Origin: an uncultured Acidimicrobiaceae bacterium
GTDB taxonomy: Bacteria > Actinomycetota > Acidimicrobiia > Acidimicrobiales > CAIXPF01
DNA length: 64,000 nucleotides
Direction of reading: 5' to 3'
Assembly (NCBI GenBank): GCA_963775055.1
Contig: CAVZHK010000001.1
Span: 333,402 to 397,401, forward strand
Shown: positions 18,157 to 26,917 of the stretch, in pieces
Position numbering within the stretch: the first letter of the stretch is position 1
Layout: each line of letters starts with the position of its first letter
Notes under the pieces: generated by a model
The model's input: the letters and a program-made list of their open reading frames with translations, nothing else
The model's database searches: none
Told to the model about the DNA's origin: nothing
Translations under genes and position numbers: made by a program

Positions 18157-18634
18157 GGGTGAGGCGGGGGGCGTCCTTCCAGAGCCGCTCCAGATCGTAG
18201 AAGCGGCGGGTTTCCTCGTCGAAGACGTGCACCACGAAGCTGCCGTAATCCATCAGCACCCAGTGGTGGGTGTCGATGCCCTCAACGCGAACCGGGCGCA
18301 CCCTGAAACGCTCGGCCAACTGCATTTCGATCTCGTCCACGATGGCCTTGACCTGGCGATCGTTGCGGCCGTGGGTGATGACGAAGGCCTCGGTGATGGC
18401 CAACACCTCGCCGACAGCCAGCACCACCGTGTCGAGGCCCACCTTGTCCTCAGCGGCGGTGGCGGCGGCGACGGCCAGCTCCTCGGCGGAAACGGCCAGG
18501 TTGCCGGCTGCGCCAAGCGGGTGGGTCGACTCGACCCGCCGTCTCCGGGTAATGGCGGTACGACCCCGGGCCGTTCGCGGTCCGAGTGGTCCTGCTGCTA
18601 CCCGGCCCTGGCCTCGATCCTCGATCAAACACAC
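18146..18634 (-). CDS. rsfS: ribosome silencing factor RsfS (iojap family)
   Basis: AAEDKVGLDTVVLAVGEVLAITEAFVITHGRNDRQVKAIVDEIE...HWVLMDYGSFVVHVFDEETRRFYDLERLW. The start is uncertain (ATG 18634 or TTG 18628), and the N-terminal 40 residues are not conserved-looking. Confidence 0.88.
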   Translation of the reverse strand: MCLIEDRGQGRVAAGPLGPRTARGRTAITRRRRVESTHPLGAAGNLAVSAEELAVAAATAAEDKVGLDTVVLAVGEVLAITEAFVITHGRNDRQVKAIVDEIEMQLAERFRVRPVRVEGIDTHHWVLMDYGSFVVHVFDEETRRFYDLERLWKDAPRLTRPA

Positions 18635-18676
18635 CCCGTCATGTCAGCCTCGCTCTTGCGTAACGTTCTCGTTCGT

Positions 18677-19129
18677 TCAACCGTTAGCGGCAGGCACCAC
18701 GGAGGGCATGGTGACCTTCGCCGGAACCTGACTTCCGCCCAGATCCCGACCCACGATGATGCTGACATCGACCGAGGTGTCCCCCGACGAGTTGAACGTT
18801 GCCGAGGTTAGCCCCAAGGCGGCCGCCATGGCCTGCGCGTTTTCCGATTGGGCCTGGTCGAAGTACTCCACCACGGAGATGGCGTAGGCGAAGTTGTCGG
18901 CGTTGCCGAACACGATGATCTCCGCTCCCGCGGGCACCAGCACGCTGGCCAGGTTGATCGCTTGGCCCGGGTCGCCAAGGCCGTCGAGCAACCGCACCCG
19001 CACCCGGTCACCGGGCTGGGCCGAGGTCGGGAACGGCACGAGTGACGCCACCAAGGTGCGGATAGCGGCCTCGTCGGCCACGAAAACCGCGCTCAGGGTG
19101 CTGTTCGGTCCTCCCCCTGTGGTGCCCAC
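18677..19129 (-). CDS. LytR_C domain protein (probably the C-terminal part of the upstream ORF)
   Basis: VRVRLLDGLGDPGQAINLASVL...IIVFGNADNF...VEYF fits the LytR_C pattern. The GTG start overlaps the upstream ORF by 37 nt. Confidence 0.6.
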   Translation of the reverse strand: MGTTGGGPNSTLSAVFVADEAAIRTLVASLVPFPTSAQPGDRVRVRLLDGLGDPGQAINLASVLVPAGAEIIVFGNADNFAYAISVVEYFDQAQSENAQAMAAALGLTSATFNSSGDTSVDVSIIVGRDLGGSQVPAKVTMPSVVPAANG

Positions 19130-20184
19130 GACGTCCCCGTTGCCGTCCGGGGCGTGGCGTTGGCGTTGGCGTTGGCGTTGGCGTTGGCGGACGTGACCCC
19201 GAAGCGGGCCGCGTCATCCAGCCGGGCCAGCGTGTCAGCATCCGCCACCGTGACCGGCAGGGTGAGCACCTCGACCCGGTCCCGACGCAGATCCGCCACC
19301 ATGGCACCCAGGCTGGCGGTGGGATCTCCCGCCTCGCCATCCACGGTCTCCCCGATGGCGCCGGTCCGGGTCCAGGCCTGCCACAACAACTGGGCCCGAT
19401 ACAGCTGACCCCGCTCGTCCTCACCGGGGTTGGTTAGCCGCAGGTACGGCTCGACCTGCTCCGCTGACAATCGCAGCGCGCCGGCCCGGAACACCACCTC
19501 CCCCTGGGCCCCGAGTAGCTCGTCGGGGTTGTCCAGCTGGAACGGTGCGTCGGGCGCCGCGGCGGCTACCCAGTCCCTGGCGTCGGCGGTGACGGTGGCT
19601 CCGAAACCCACCCTGAACAGCCGGTTCAAGGCCTTTTCGACCCCTGCCACTCCCTCGTCGGCGTACACGGCGCGGAGGGTCCGGGGCCTGGTAGCGGCCT
19701 GATCGGCCAGCAGGCCGGTGGGGACCAGCAACACCGCGCCACCACCACTCTCTCCGCTCGACGCCATCATCGCGATGCTGCCCAGCTGCCCGTCCGGCCC
19801 GCGATGCACCACCAGCAGCGTGGGGGTCGGCGTGACCACGGCCCGGTAGCCGGGAGCGGTTGGATCTGCTTCGGCGACGGCGGAGATCTGACCGTCCGCC
19901 TCCAGCGCGTTTCGCCACCCGATCCAGGCCAGGGCCGGGACCGAGGCCACCAACGCCAGCAACACCAACCAGAAGGCGCTGCGACGCAGCCAGCGGGGCG
20001 GGCCTCCTGGGGAACGACGCGGGGCAACGATCACCGCCCGGGGTGGCGGCAGCCGTCCTTCCGCAGCCAGGGTTCGCTGGTCGGGGCGCGGATCCCCGAC
20101 GGCGCCCTTCAGGTGGCGCGCGGGGCGACGACGGCGGCGAGGGGCTGCCCCTCGGGTCTCAGCAACCGCCATGGGAGCCAGCAA
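19093..20184 (-). CDS. membrane-anchored LCP-like (degenerate LytR-CpsA-Psr) protein
   Basis: Arg-rich N-terminus, one TM helix (FWLVLLALVASVPALAWIGW) and an extracytoplasmic domain with a weak LCP-like layout. It sits in the conserved nadD-x-rsfS position and ends in an (AN)5 repeat. Confidence 0.55.
   Translation of the reverse strand: MLAPMAVAETRGAAPRRRRRPARHLKGAVGDPRPDQRTLAAEGRLPPPRAVIVAPRRSPGGPPRWLRRSAFWLVLLALVASVPALAWIGWRNALEADGQISAVAEADPTAPGYRAVVTPTPTLLVVHRGPDGQLGSIAMMASSGESGGGAVLLVPTGLLADQAATRPRTLRAVYADEGVAGVEKALNRLFRVGFGATVTADARDWVAAAAPDAPFQLDNPDELLGAQGEVVFRAGALRLSAEQVEPYLRLTNPGEDERGQLYRAQLLWQAWTRTGAIGETVDGEAGDPTASLGAMVADLRRDRVEVLTLPVTVADADTLARLDDAARFGVTSANANANANANATPRTATGTSWAPQGEDRTAP
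19151..19190. repeat. hexanucleotide array GCGTTG x5 (encodes Ala-Asn x5 on minus strand)
   Basis: Five perfect copies at 19157-19186, flanked by degenerate copies. Confidence 0.95.
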
Positions 20185-20229
20185 CCGCCGGCGGTGGCGC
20201 GTCCGTCGTGGTGCTCATCGATGTTCACG

Positions 20230-20865
20230 CTAGCCAGCCCGGTACAGCCCAAGCTCCATGATGAGCGCTTCGACCGCCGGTGGCACCTGCCAGCGCAGCG
20301 TCCGACCCTGTGCCACCCGGGCCCGCAGATCCGTCGAGGACAACCCGATGGCCGGCATCGGTACGGTCCGCACGTCGAAGGCGGGCAGATGCACCGGGGG
20401 AGCATCGTGACGATCCACCACCACCAACGAGGCCAGCGCCGCCAAGCGGTCCGGCTGATGCCAGGTGGGGATGGAGGCGGCCGCGTCGGCCCCCAAGATG
20501 AGGTACAGCTCCGCTCCCTCATTGCGGGCTTGTAACTCGCTCAGCGTGTCCACGGTGTACGAATCGCCGCCCCGCTCGATCTCAACAGTGCTGACCTCGA
20601 AGCCCCGCTGGTCCGCAATGGCCGCCTGAACCATGGCCAAACGATGTTCGACCGGGGAAATGGTCCGATCGGGCACCTTCTGCCACGGGACATTGGCCAC
20701 CACAAAGAGCAAGCGATCGAGAAAAATCGCCTCAAATGAGTAAAGCGCGGCCACCAAATGGCCGATGTGAGGTGGGTCGAATGTCCCACCGAACACTCCG
20801 AGACGCTCCGGGCGAGCGGTCACCGGAATCCAGTGTAAGGAGCCATCCGGCCGCTGGTATCCCAA
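20230..20865 (-). CDS. nadD: nicotinate-nucleotide adenylyltransferase
   Basis: LGVFGGTFDPPHIGHLVAA is the (H/T)xGH motif, with a NadD-like remainder. An alternative GTG start lies at 20823. Confidence 0.9.
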   Translation of the reverse strand: MGYQRPDGSLHWIPVTARPERLGVFGGTFDPPHIGHLVAALYSFEAIFLDRLLFVVANVPWQKVPDRTISPVEHRLAMVQAAIADQRGFEVSTVEIERGGDSYTVDTLSELQARNEGAELYLILGADAAASIPTWHQPDRLAALASLVVVDRHDAPPVHLPAFDVRTVPMPAIGLSSTDLRARVAQGRTLRWQVPPAVEALIMELGLYRAG

Positions 20866-20973
20866 CTATTTGGGGAAAATTCACCAGCGCCACCAGAACA
20901 CCCGGGCATCCGCTCGGGTACGGAGATTCCGGGCCACCACCCGGAGCATGATGCGAGCGTTGGTACAACTGTC

Positions 20974-21804
20974 ATGAGCGATTCTGTCGGCCAATACCTC
21001 AACGAGATCGGCTTGGTGCCGCTTCTCACCGCGGAAGAGGAGCGCGAGCTTTCAAGGACCATCGAGGCCGGACAACGGGCCCGTTTGCAGCTCTCCAACG
21101 GCGAGCGCGGCCGAGACGTGAAAGCCGCCATCCACGCTGCGGAGTGCGCCAAGGACCGCTTCATCCGGGCCAACCTACGGCTGGTGGTCTCCGTCGCCCG
21201 TCGTTACCCGCTGCCGCCGTCCATGGAGCTGCTGGACCTGGTGCAAGAGGGCAACCTGGGACTCGAGCACGCGGTGGACAAGTTCGATTGGCGAAAGGGC
21301 TTCAAGTTCTCCACCTACGCCACGTTCTGGATCCGCCAGGCGATCGGTCGAGCGCTGGACCAGAAGGCGTCCCTGGTGCGACTGCCCGGGGACCGCTCGG
21401 CATCTTTGCGCGCCGCGCTGCGCCAGGTGGCCGGCGACGGTGATGAGCTCGATGAGGAACACGCCCGCCTCCACCGGCTCACCACCCCCACCTCGCTGGA
21501 TCGCACCATCGGTGACGATGACTCCAACGAGCTGGTGGACCTGTTGCCCGATTCCATGCCCGGACCGGAACAAGAGGTGCTGGCCCGAACCGAGGAGCAG
21601 CTGATCGGCAACCTGCTGGGCGTGTTGGACCCCCGGGCCCGCCATGCCGTGGAGCAGCGCTTCGGGTTGCAGGACGGCCGCAAGCGCAGCTACCGGGAGG
21701 TCGGCGAAGAACTGGGCGTCACCGCAGAGGCGGCCCGCCGTCTGGTGAAGCGGGCCGTGGGTGCCGTGCGGGATCAGGCCGCCTCCGCCATCTCCGCCGC
21801 CTGA
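20974..21804 (+). CDS. RNA polymerase sigma-70 family factor (group 2-like, lacks region 1.1)
   Basis: Region 1.2 (YLNEIGLVPLLTAEEE), region 2 (FIRANLRLVVSVARRY, DLVQEGNLGLEHAVDKFD, FSTYATFWIRQAI), region 3 and a region 4 HTH (SYREVGEELGVTAEAARRL). Confidence 0.9.
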   Translation: MSDSVGQYLNEIGLVPLLTAEEERELSRTIEAGQRARLQLSNGERGRDVKAAIHAAECAKDRFIRANLRLVVSVARRYPLPPSMELLDLVQEGNLGLEHAVDKFDWRKGFKFSTYATFWIRQAIGRALDQKASLVRLPGDRSASLRAALRQVAGDGDELDEEHARLHRLTTPTSLDRTIGDDDSNELVDLLPDSMPGPEQEVLARTEEQLIGNLLGVLDPRARHAVEQRFGLQDGRKRSYREVGEELGVTAEAARRLVKRAVGAVRDQAASAISAA

Positions 21805-21859
21805 ACCCGGCGGGGGTATCCGTTTGGCAGGCGCGGACCGTCGCGGCGAGGCTTGAGGG

Positions 21860-23206
21860 GTGAGCACCACGTGGAGTCCCGCGTCCTGGCGAGCCTTCCC
21901 CGCCCAGCAACAGCCGCGCTGGCCCGATGAGGCGTCCTACGAGGCGACGCTGAAGACCCTGGCCGGCTATCCCCCTCTGGTCTTCGCCGGGGAGGCCCGG
22001 GCCCTGACCGCGCAGTTGGCCCAGGTCGCCGCCGGTCAGGCCTTCGTGCTGCAAGCCGGGGACTGTGCGGAGTCCTTCCACGACTTCGCCGCGGACCGGA
22101 TCCGGGACAAGCTCAAGGTCATCCTGCAGATGGCGGTGGTGTTGACCTACGCCGCCGGGGTGCCGGTGGTGAAGATCGGCCGGATCGCCGGTCAATACGG
22201 CAAGCCCCGTTCCTCGGACACGGAGACCCAGGGCGACGTGACCCTGCCCAGCTTCCGGGGCCACAACGTGAACTCCGAGCTGTTCAGCACCGAGGACCGC
22301 CAGCCCGACCCCGAGCGCATGATCACCGCGTACCACCAGTCCTCTTCCACGCTGAACCTGCTGCGGGCGTTCACCAAGGGTGGCTTCGCCGATCTCAACC
22401 GGGTCCACGCCTGGAACCAGGAGTTCGTGGCGTCATCCGCCGAGGGCCAGCAATACGGAGAGATCGCAGAGGGCATCGAGCGGGCGTTGCGGTTCATGAA
22501 GGCCTGCGGGATGGACACCTCAGCGGAGTCCGAGCTGCACCAGGTGGACTTCTACACCAGCCATGAGGCGCTGCTGCTGGGCTACGAGGAGGCCCTCACC
22601 CGGCGGGATTCACTGACCGGGGATTTCTATGACTGCTCGGCGCACTTCGTGTGGATTGGCGAGCGCACCCGCCAGCTGGACGGTGCCCACGTGGAGTTCC
22701 TGCGGGGGGTCCGCAACCCGATCGGCGTCAAGCTGGGGCCGGCGGTGCAGCCCGAGGAAGTGGTGGCGCTGTGTGAGGCACTCAACGCGGACCGTGAGCC
22801 GGGGCGGTTGACGTTGATCACACGAATGGGCGCCAGCAAGGTCCGCTCGGCGCTGGTGCCCCTGCTGCGCGCCGTGGCAGAGGCCGCTCACCCGGTGGCA
22901 TGGCTGTGTGATCCCATGCACGGCAACACGTTCACCTCCGACGGTGGCTTCAAGACCCGCCGTTTCGACGATGTGCTGGCCGAGGTCACCGGCTTCTTCG
23001 CAGCCCACGCGGAGGTCGGCACCTGGCCCGGCGGGGTTCACGTCGAGCTCACCGGGGACGACGTGACGGAATGCCTCGGTGGCAGCGAGGAGATCTTGGA
23101 CCACCACCTCGACACCCGTTACGAGACCATCTGCGACCCTCGCCTCAACGCCCGTCAAGGCCTGGACCTGGCCTTCCGGGTTTCGGAGCTGTTGGGCGAA
23201 CGCTGA
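21860..23206 (+). CDS. aroG: class II 3-deoxy-7-phosphoheptulonate (DAHP) synthase
   Basis: GTG start. WSPASWRAFPAQQQPRWPD, GDCAESF, KPRSS and DPMHGNT are class II (plant/actinobacterial type) signatures. Confidence 0.9.
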   Translation: MSTTWSPASWRAFPAQQQPRWPDEASYEATLKTLAGYPPLVFAGEARALTAQLAQVAAGQAFVLQAGDCAESFHDFAADRIRDKLKVILQMAVVLTYAAGVPVVKIGRIAGQYGKPRSSDTETQGDVTLPSFRGHNVNSELFSTEDRQPDPERMITAYHQSSSTLNLLRAFTKGGFADLNRVHAWNQEFVASSAEGQQYGEIAEGIERALRFMKACGMDTSAESELHQVDFYTSHEALLLGYEEALTRRDSLTGDFYDCSAHFVWIGERTRQLDGAHVEFLRGVRNPIGVKLGPAVQPEEVVALCEALNADREPGRLTLITRMGASKVRSALVPLLRAVAEAAHPVAWLCDPMHGNTFTSDGGFKTRRFDDVLAEVTGFFAAHAEVGTWPGGVHVELTGDDVTECLGGSEEILDHHLDTRYETICDPRLNARQGLDLAFRVSELLGER

Positions 23207-23230
23207 GCGCCGAGGAGCCTTAGCCCGGCG

Positions 23231-24047
23231 CTACCCGCTGTAGCTGTAGCCCAGGCCGGCCCGGGCGTCGTTCTGGATGCCGTAGGGCGGGATGGGTAGC
23301 GCAGGCCGTTGCGGGCACAGCGCTTCCAGCCCGGCGATCATCTTCGGCAGGAACTCCGGCGGCGTGGCCAGCAGCAGCTCGTCGTCCGGCACCCCACCGT
23401 AGCGACGCTCGGCGAAGCAGGGGATGGACACGCGACGGCTCGCGCAGCTTGAGCGCCCTTCCCCAGGAGTCGGCGCAGGCGGACTCGCCCACGCAGCCCC
23501 ACTCGAAGTTCTTGTAGCCGCTCCACTGCAGCCCGTTGATCATCAGGATCATCTGGGCCGGGGTGGCGTAGATCAGGCAGATGTCGGGCGGGTCGAGGCG
23601 GCCGGCCGTCAGCGGGGAAACCGCCAGCGCCTCGTATTGGCCGAATGGCACAGTGTGCATGGCGTGCTGGTGGGCCGCGGCGTCCTCGATGGGTCTTCGA
23701 ACCAGACGCCCGGCCATGCGGCTGCCGGAGAGCCACTCCTCGTCCCGCGGTGACAGACCGACCACCGCGCCGCACTGGGCGCCCACGAAGTCATCGTTGG
23801 TGACGCCCACCGTCCAGCCGATGCGCGACGCCATCCCGACGATCTGGTCCATGGTGTGGATCGACTTGGGCCGACGGATCTTGGGGATGGCCTCCATCTC
23901 GGCTTTGGTGGCGAACAACTTCATGCCGATGGGTGTGGTCCGCAACCGCAGCAGCCGGTTCAGGTCCGCCACCAGCCCGTTCCAGTCATAGTTCCCGGGA
24001 CCGGTGGCTCCGGAGATGGAGACGGTGCGGGCCGCGCTCGGCATCAC
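23231..24047 (-). pseudogene. DUF169 family protein, reading frame broken near 23431-23470
   Basis: The N-terminal 205 codons are in one frame (...YATPAQMILMINGLQWSGYKNFEWGCVGESACADSWG). The conserved-looking C-terminus (SIPCFAERRYGGVPDDELLLATPPEFLPKMIAGLEAL) is in the +1 frame. Confidence 0.6.
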
Positions 24048-24327
24048 TGGTGGTCATGGTCGGACCCTACCCGCCCGCTGTGGTCCGCGGGCGCTGGATC
24101 GCTTGGTGGCCGCCGGCGACGCACCGCGCGAAAGACTTGTGTCCACAGGTATCAGGGGAGCGCTTCGTGACTCCTACACGTCGCACCAGGTCAGATCGGT
24201 TCCGTGACCGGAGGGGGTTCCGGGGCTGCTTGACCGGGCCGCGGCAAGGTGTACGCACCCGTTCCGGTCCCAGTCCTCCCACAAGCCGTGATGGGGGCCG
24301 GTAGGGGCTCCAGCGGGACATATGCCT

Positions 24328-24379
24328 TTCTCCGGTGACGAAATGCAGTCGGGCGGGCGCCCCTTTCGTCACCGGAGAA
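24328..24379. repeat. perfect 16-bp inverted repeat of the TTCTCCGGTGACGAAA motif (20-nt spacer)
   Basis: TTCTCCGGTGACGAAA lies at 24328-24343 and TTTCGTCACCGGAGAA at 24364-24379. This is the same motif family as at 13874-14313. Confidence 0.95.
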
Positions 24380-24481
24380 GCGCCGACGCGCTCCCGCTCG
24401 AACCTCGCCGGTCTTGACAGACCGCCAAAACACCACCAGCGCCCTCACCGGAGCGAGGACGCTGGTCGGGCTCGGGATCGG

Positions 24482-25989
24482 CTAGGCCAAGTTGTCGACG
24501 AAGCCTTCGAGTTGGCGGAGGTTGCGGCATTCGAAGGTGCCGTTGCAGTACTGGCCGTACTCCCCCACGATGGAATCCCCGGTGTCCCAGTACGAGCGGG
24601 GCTCCGGGTTCAGCCAGAACACCGAACGGGCCTTGTTGCGGATCTCCTTGATGATCCAGCTCTGTGATGAGTGGTAGTTGTTGCGGGCGTCACCCAGGAT
24701 CAACACCGTGGACTTGGTGCTGATCTCCTTGCCGTAGCGGTCCCAGAACACCTCGAAGGCATGCCCGTAATCGGAGTGCCCGTCAACCCACACCACATCG
24801 GCCTCGGTGTTGACCTTGTGGATGGCCTCCACGATGTCCTCGGTGGCCTCGAAGTACCGGGTCACCTCGTCCAAACCGTCGATGAAAACGAAGGCCCGAA
24901 CCTGTGAGAACTGGTTGGAGATGGCGTACACCAGGTGCAGGGTGAAACGGGCGAAGGCCGCCACCGAACCGGAGATGTCCGCCACGATCATGATCTCGGG
25001 CTTCTTGGGGCGGGGCCGGCGGAACTTGAGCTCGGCCGGCACCCCGCCGTAGGACAGCGAATGGCGCACGGTGTTGCGGAAGTCCAGCGCCCCCAGCCGA
25101 CCATGGCGCCGCTTGCGTTGGAGGCGAACCGCCAGCTTGCGGGTCAGCGGGTAGATGGCCTTGCGGAGCTTGACCATCTCCTCCCGGGAGGCGTGCATGA
25201 AATCCACGTCCTCCGGCAGCGGCTTGCGCAACGTCTTGGCCATCGCTTCCACGCCGCGATCCGCCACCAAACGGCGGCGGATCTCGGCCTCGATCTCCTT
25301 GCGCAGCTGCTCGACCCGGTTCTCGTACTCGTCGTTGGCCAAGCGGGATTCGAGCGGGGTCATCTCCCCGCCCACCTTGGCCTGCTCTTCCTGCATGAGA
25401 CGGGCCATCACGGCGTCGAGATCGAGGTTCCGGAGCGTGCGGTAGAGGTAGTACGTGCCACCGACGGGCCGACCGGGTTCCATGCCGGCGAAGCGCTTCA
25501 CCGAGATGCGGGCCACCATCTTCATGAGGCCACGATCGCCGCTCATCATGGCCTGGTACAGCATCTCGGCCAGCTCTTCGGGGGTGACCTGGTTGCCGCC
25601 GCCACCGCCGCGACCCTGACCTTCGCCCTCACCCTCGCCGTCGCCGTCCCCTTCGCCCTCGTCGTCGCCTTCTTCGTCGTTGGCGTTGGACGGGTCATCG
25701 GGATTGTTGAAGGTCGTACTGATCGCCCCGCAGCGCGAAGTAGATCTCGAAAACGGTCTCGAAGGCCTTCCAATGGTTCTGGTTCTTGACCATGGTGGCG
25801 GCGAGGGCGTACTTGAAGGCCTCACGGTCTTCGAGGGGAATGTGCTTGACCGCCAACATGGCGTCGAGGTTCTCGGTGAGGCTCACCGGGATGCCGGCGT
25901 TGCGCAGCTCCAGGACGAATCCGTTGAGCAGCTCCAGCAGCGGCTGACCTATACCGGGGGGTACGGCATGGATCCTCGACGACGGTCAT
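24482..25989 (-). pseudogene. VWA domain protein, CoxE-like, with two frame breaks (near 25956-25961 and 25712-25713)
   Basis: The N-terminal part (MTVVEDP..., then PLLELLNGFVLELRNAGIPVSLTENLDAMLAVKHIPLEDREAFKYAL...FEIYF) is split over two frames. An acidic Gly/Glu linker and the VWA_CoxE-like C-terminal 400 aa are intact (IMIVADISGSV...VLILGDARNN...VFWLNPE). Confidence 0.7.
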
Positions 25990-26890
25990 GATGATGCCTT
26001 TTGGAATTTGGACGGCCCGCTCTAGCAACCCTTGGAGAGCCTTGGAGATGTCCGTCTGGTACTTGAGCAGCACGTGCAGCGTATCCACCGCGTCGGCTTC
26101 GGTCACCTGCTGCACGCCCAGCAACATCAGGGTCTTGGCCCAATCCAGGGTCTCGGACACCGACGGTGCCTTCTTCAGATCCAGGTTGCGGATGGTGCGC
26201 ACGATGCGGGCCACCTGGTCTGCCAGGCTCTGGCGTGATGTCGGGCACCTTGGTGAGCACGATCTCGCGCTCACGGTCAATGTCCGGATAGTCGATGTGC
26301 AGGAACAGGCAACGGCGCTTGAGGGCCTCGGAAAGCTCACGGGTGTTGTTCGAGGTCAGGAACACCAAGGGGATCTGGGTGGCGGTGATGGTGCCCAGTT
26401 CCGGGATCGACACCTGGTAGTCCGAGAGGATCTCCAGCAGCAGCGCCTCGGTCTCGATCTCGAGGCGGTCGACCTCGTCGATCAGCAGCACCACCGGGTC
26501 CGTGGCCCGGATGGCCTCTAGCAGCGGGCGTGTCATGAGGAAGTCCTGGGAGAAGATGTCATCGGACATCTCATCCCAGTTCAAGCCGGCATCGCTGGTG
26601 TTGCGCTCGGCCTGGATGCGCAGCAGCTGCTTCTTGTAGTTCCACTCGTAGAGCGCCTTGGCCTCATCCAGACCCTCGTAGCACTGCAGGCGGATGAGCC
26701 GTGCGCCCAGGGTCTCGGCCACTGATTTGGCCAGCTGGGTCTTGCCGGTACCGGCGGGACCTTCAACCAGCACCGGCTTACCGAGGCGATCTGCGAGGTA
26801 CACCACCCCGGCAATGCCTTCGTCCGCCAGGTAGTCCACCTTGGCCAGAGACTCGCGGACGGTCGGCACCGATTCGAAACGAGGATCCAT
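25986..26890 (-). pseudogene. MoxR/CoxD-type AAA+ ATPase with two frame breaks (near 26226-26233 and 25999-26002)
   Basis: Walker A ([13 protein letters not shown]), Walker B (VLLIDEVDR), LTSNNTRELSEALKRRC, then a frame change into SLADQVARIVRTIRNLDLKKAPSVSETLDWAKTL...LLKYQTD. After correction, the stop TGA overlaps the VWA ATG (ATGA). Confidence 0.7.
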
Positions 26891-26917
26891 GGGTCGAGCA
26901 TAGGATCCCGGTCCCTT

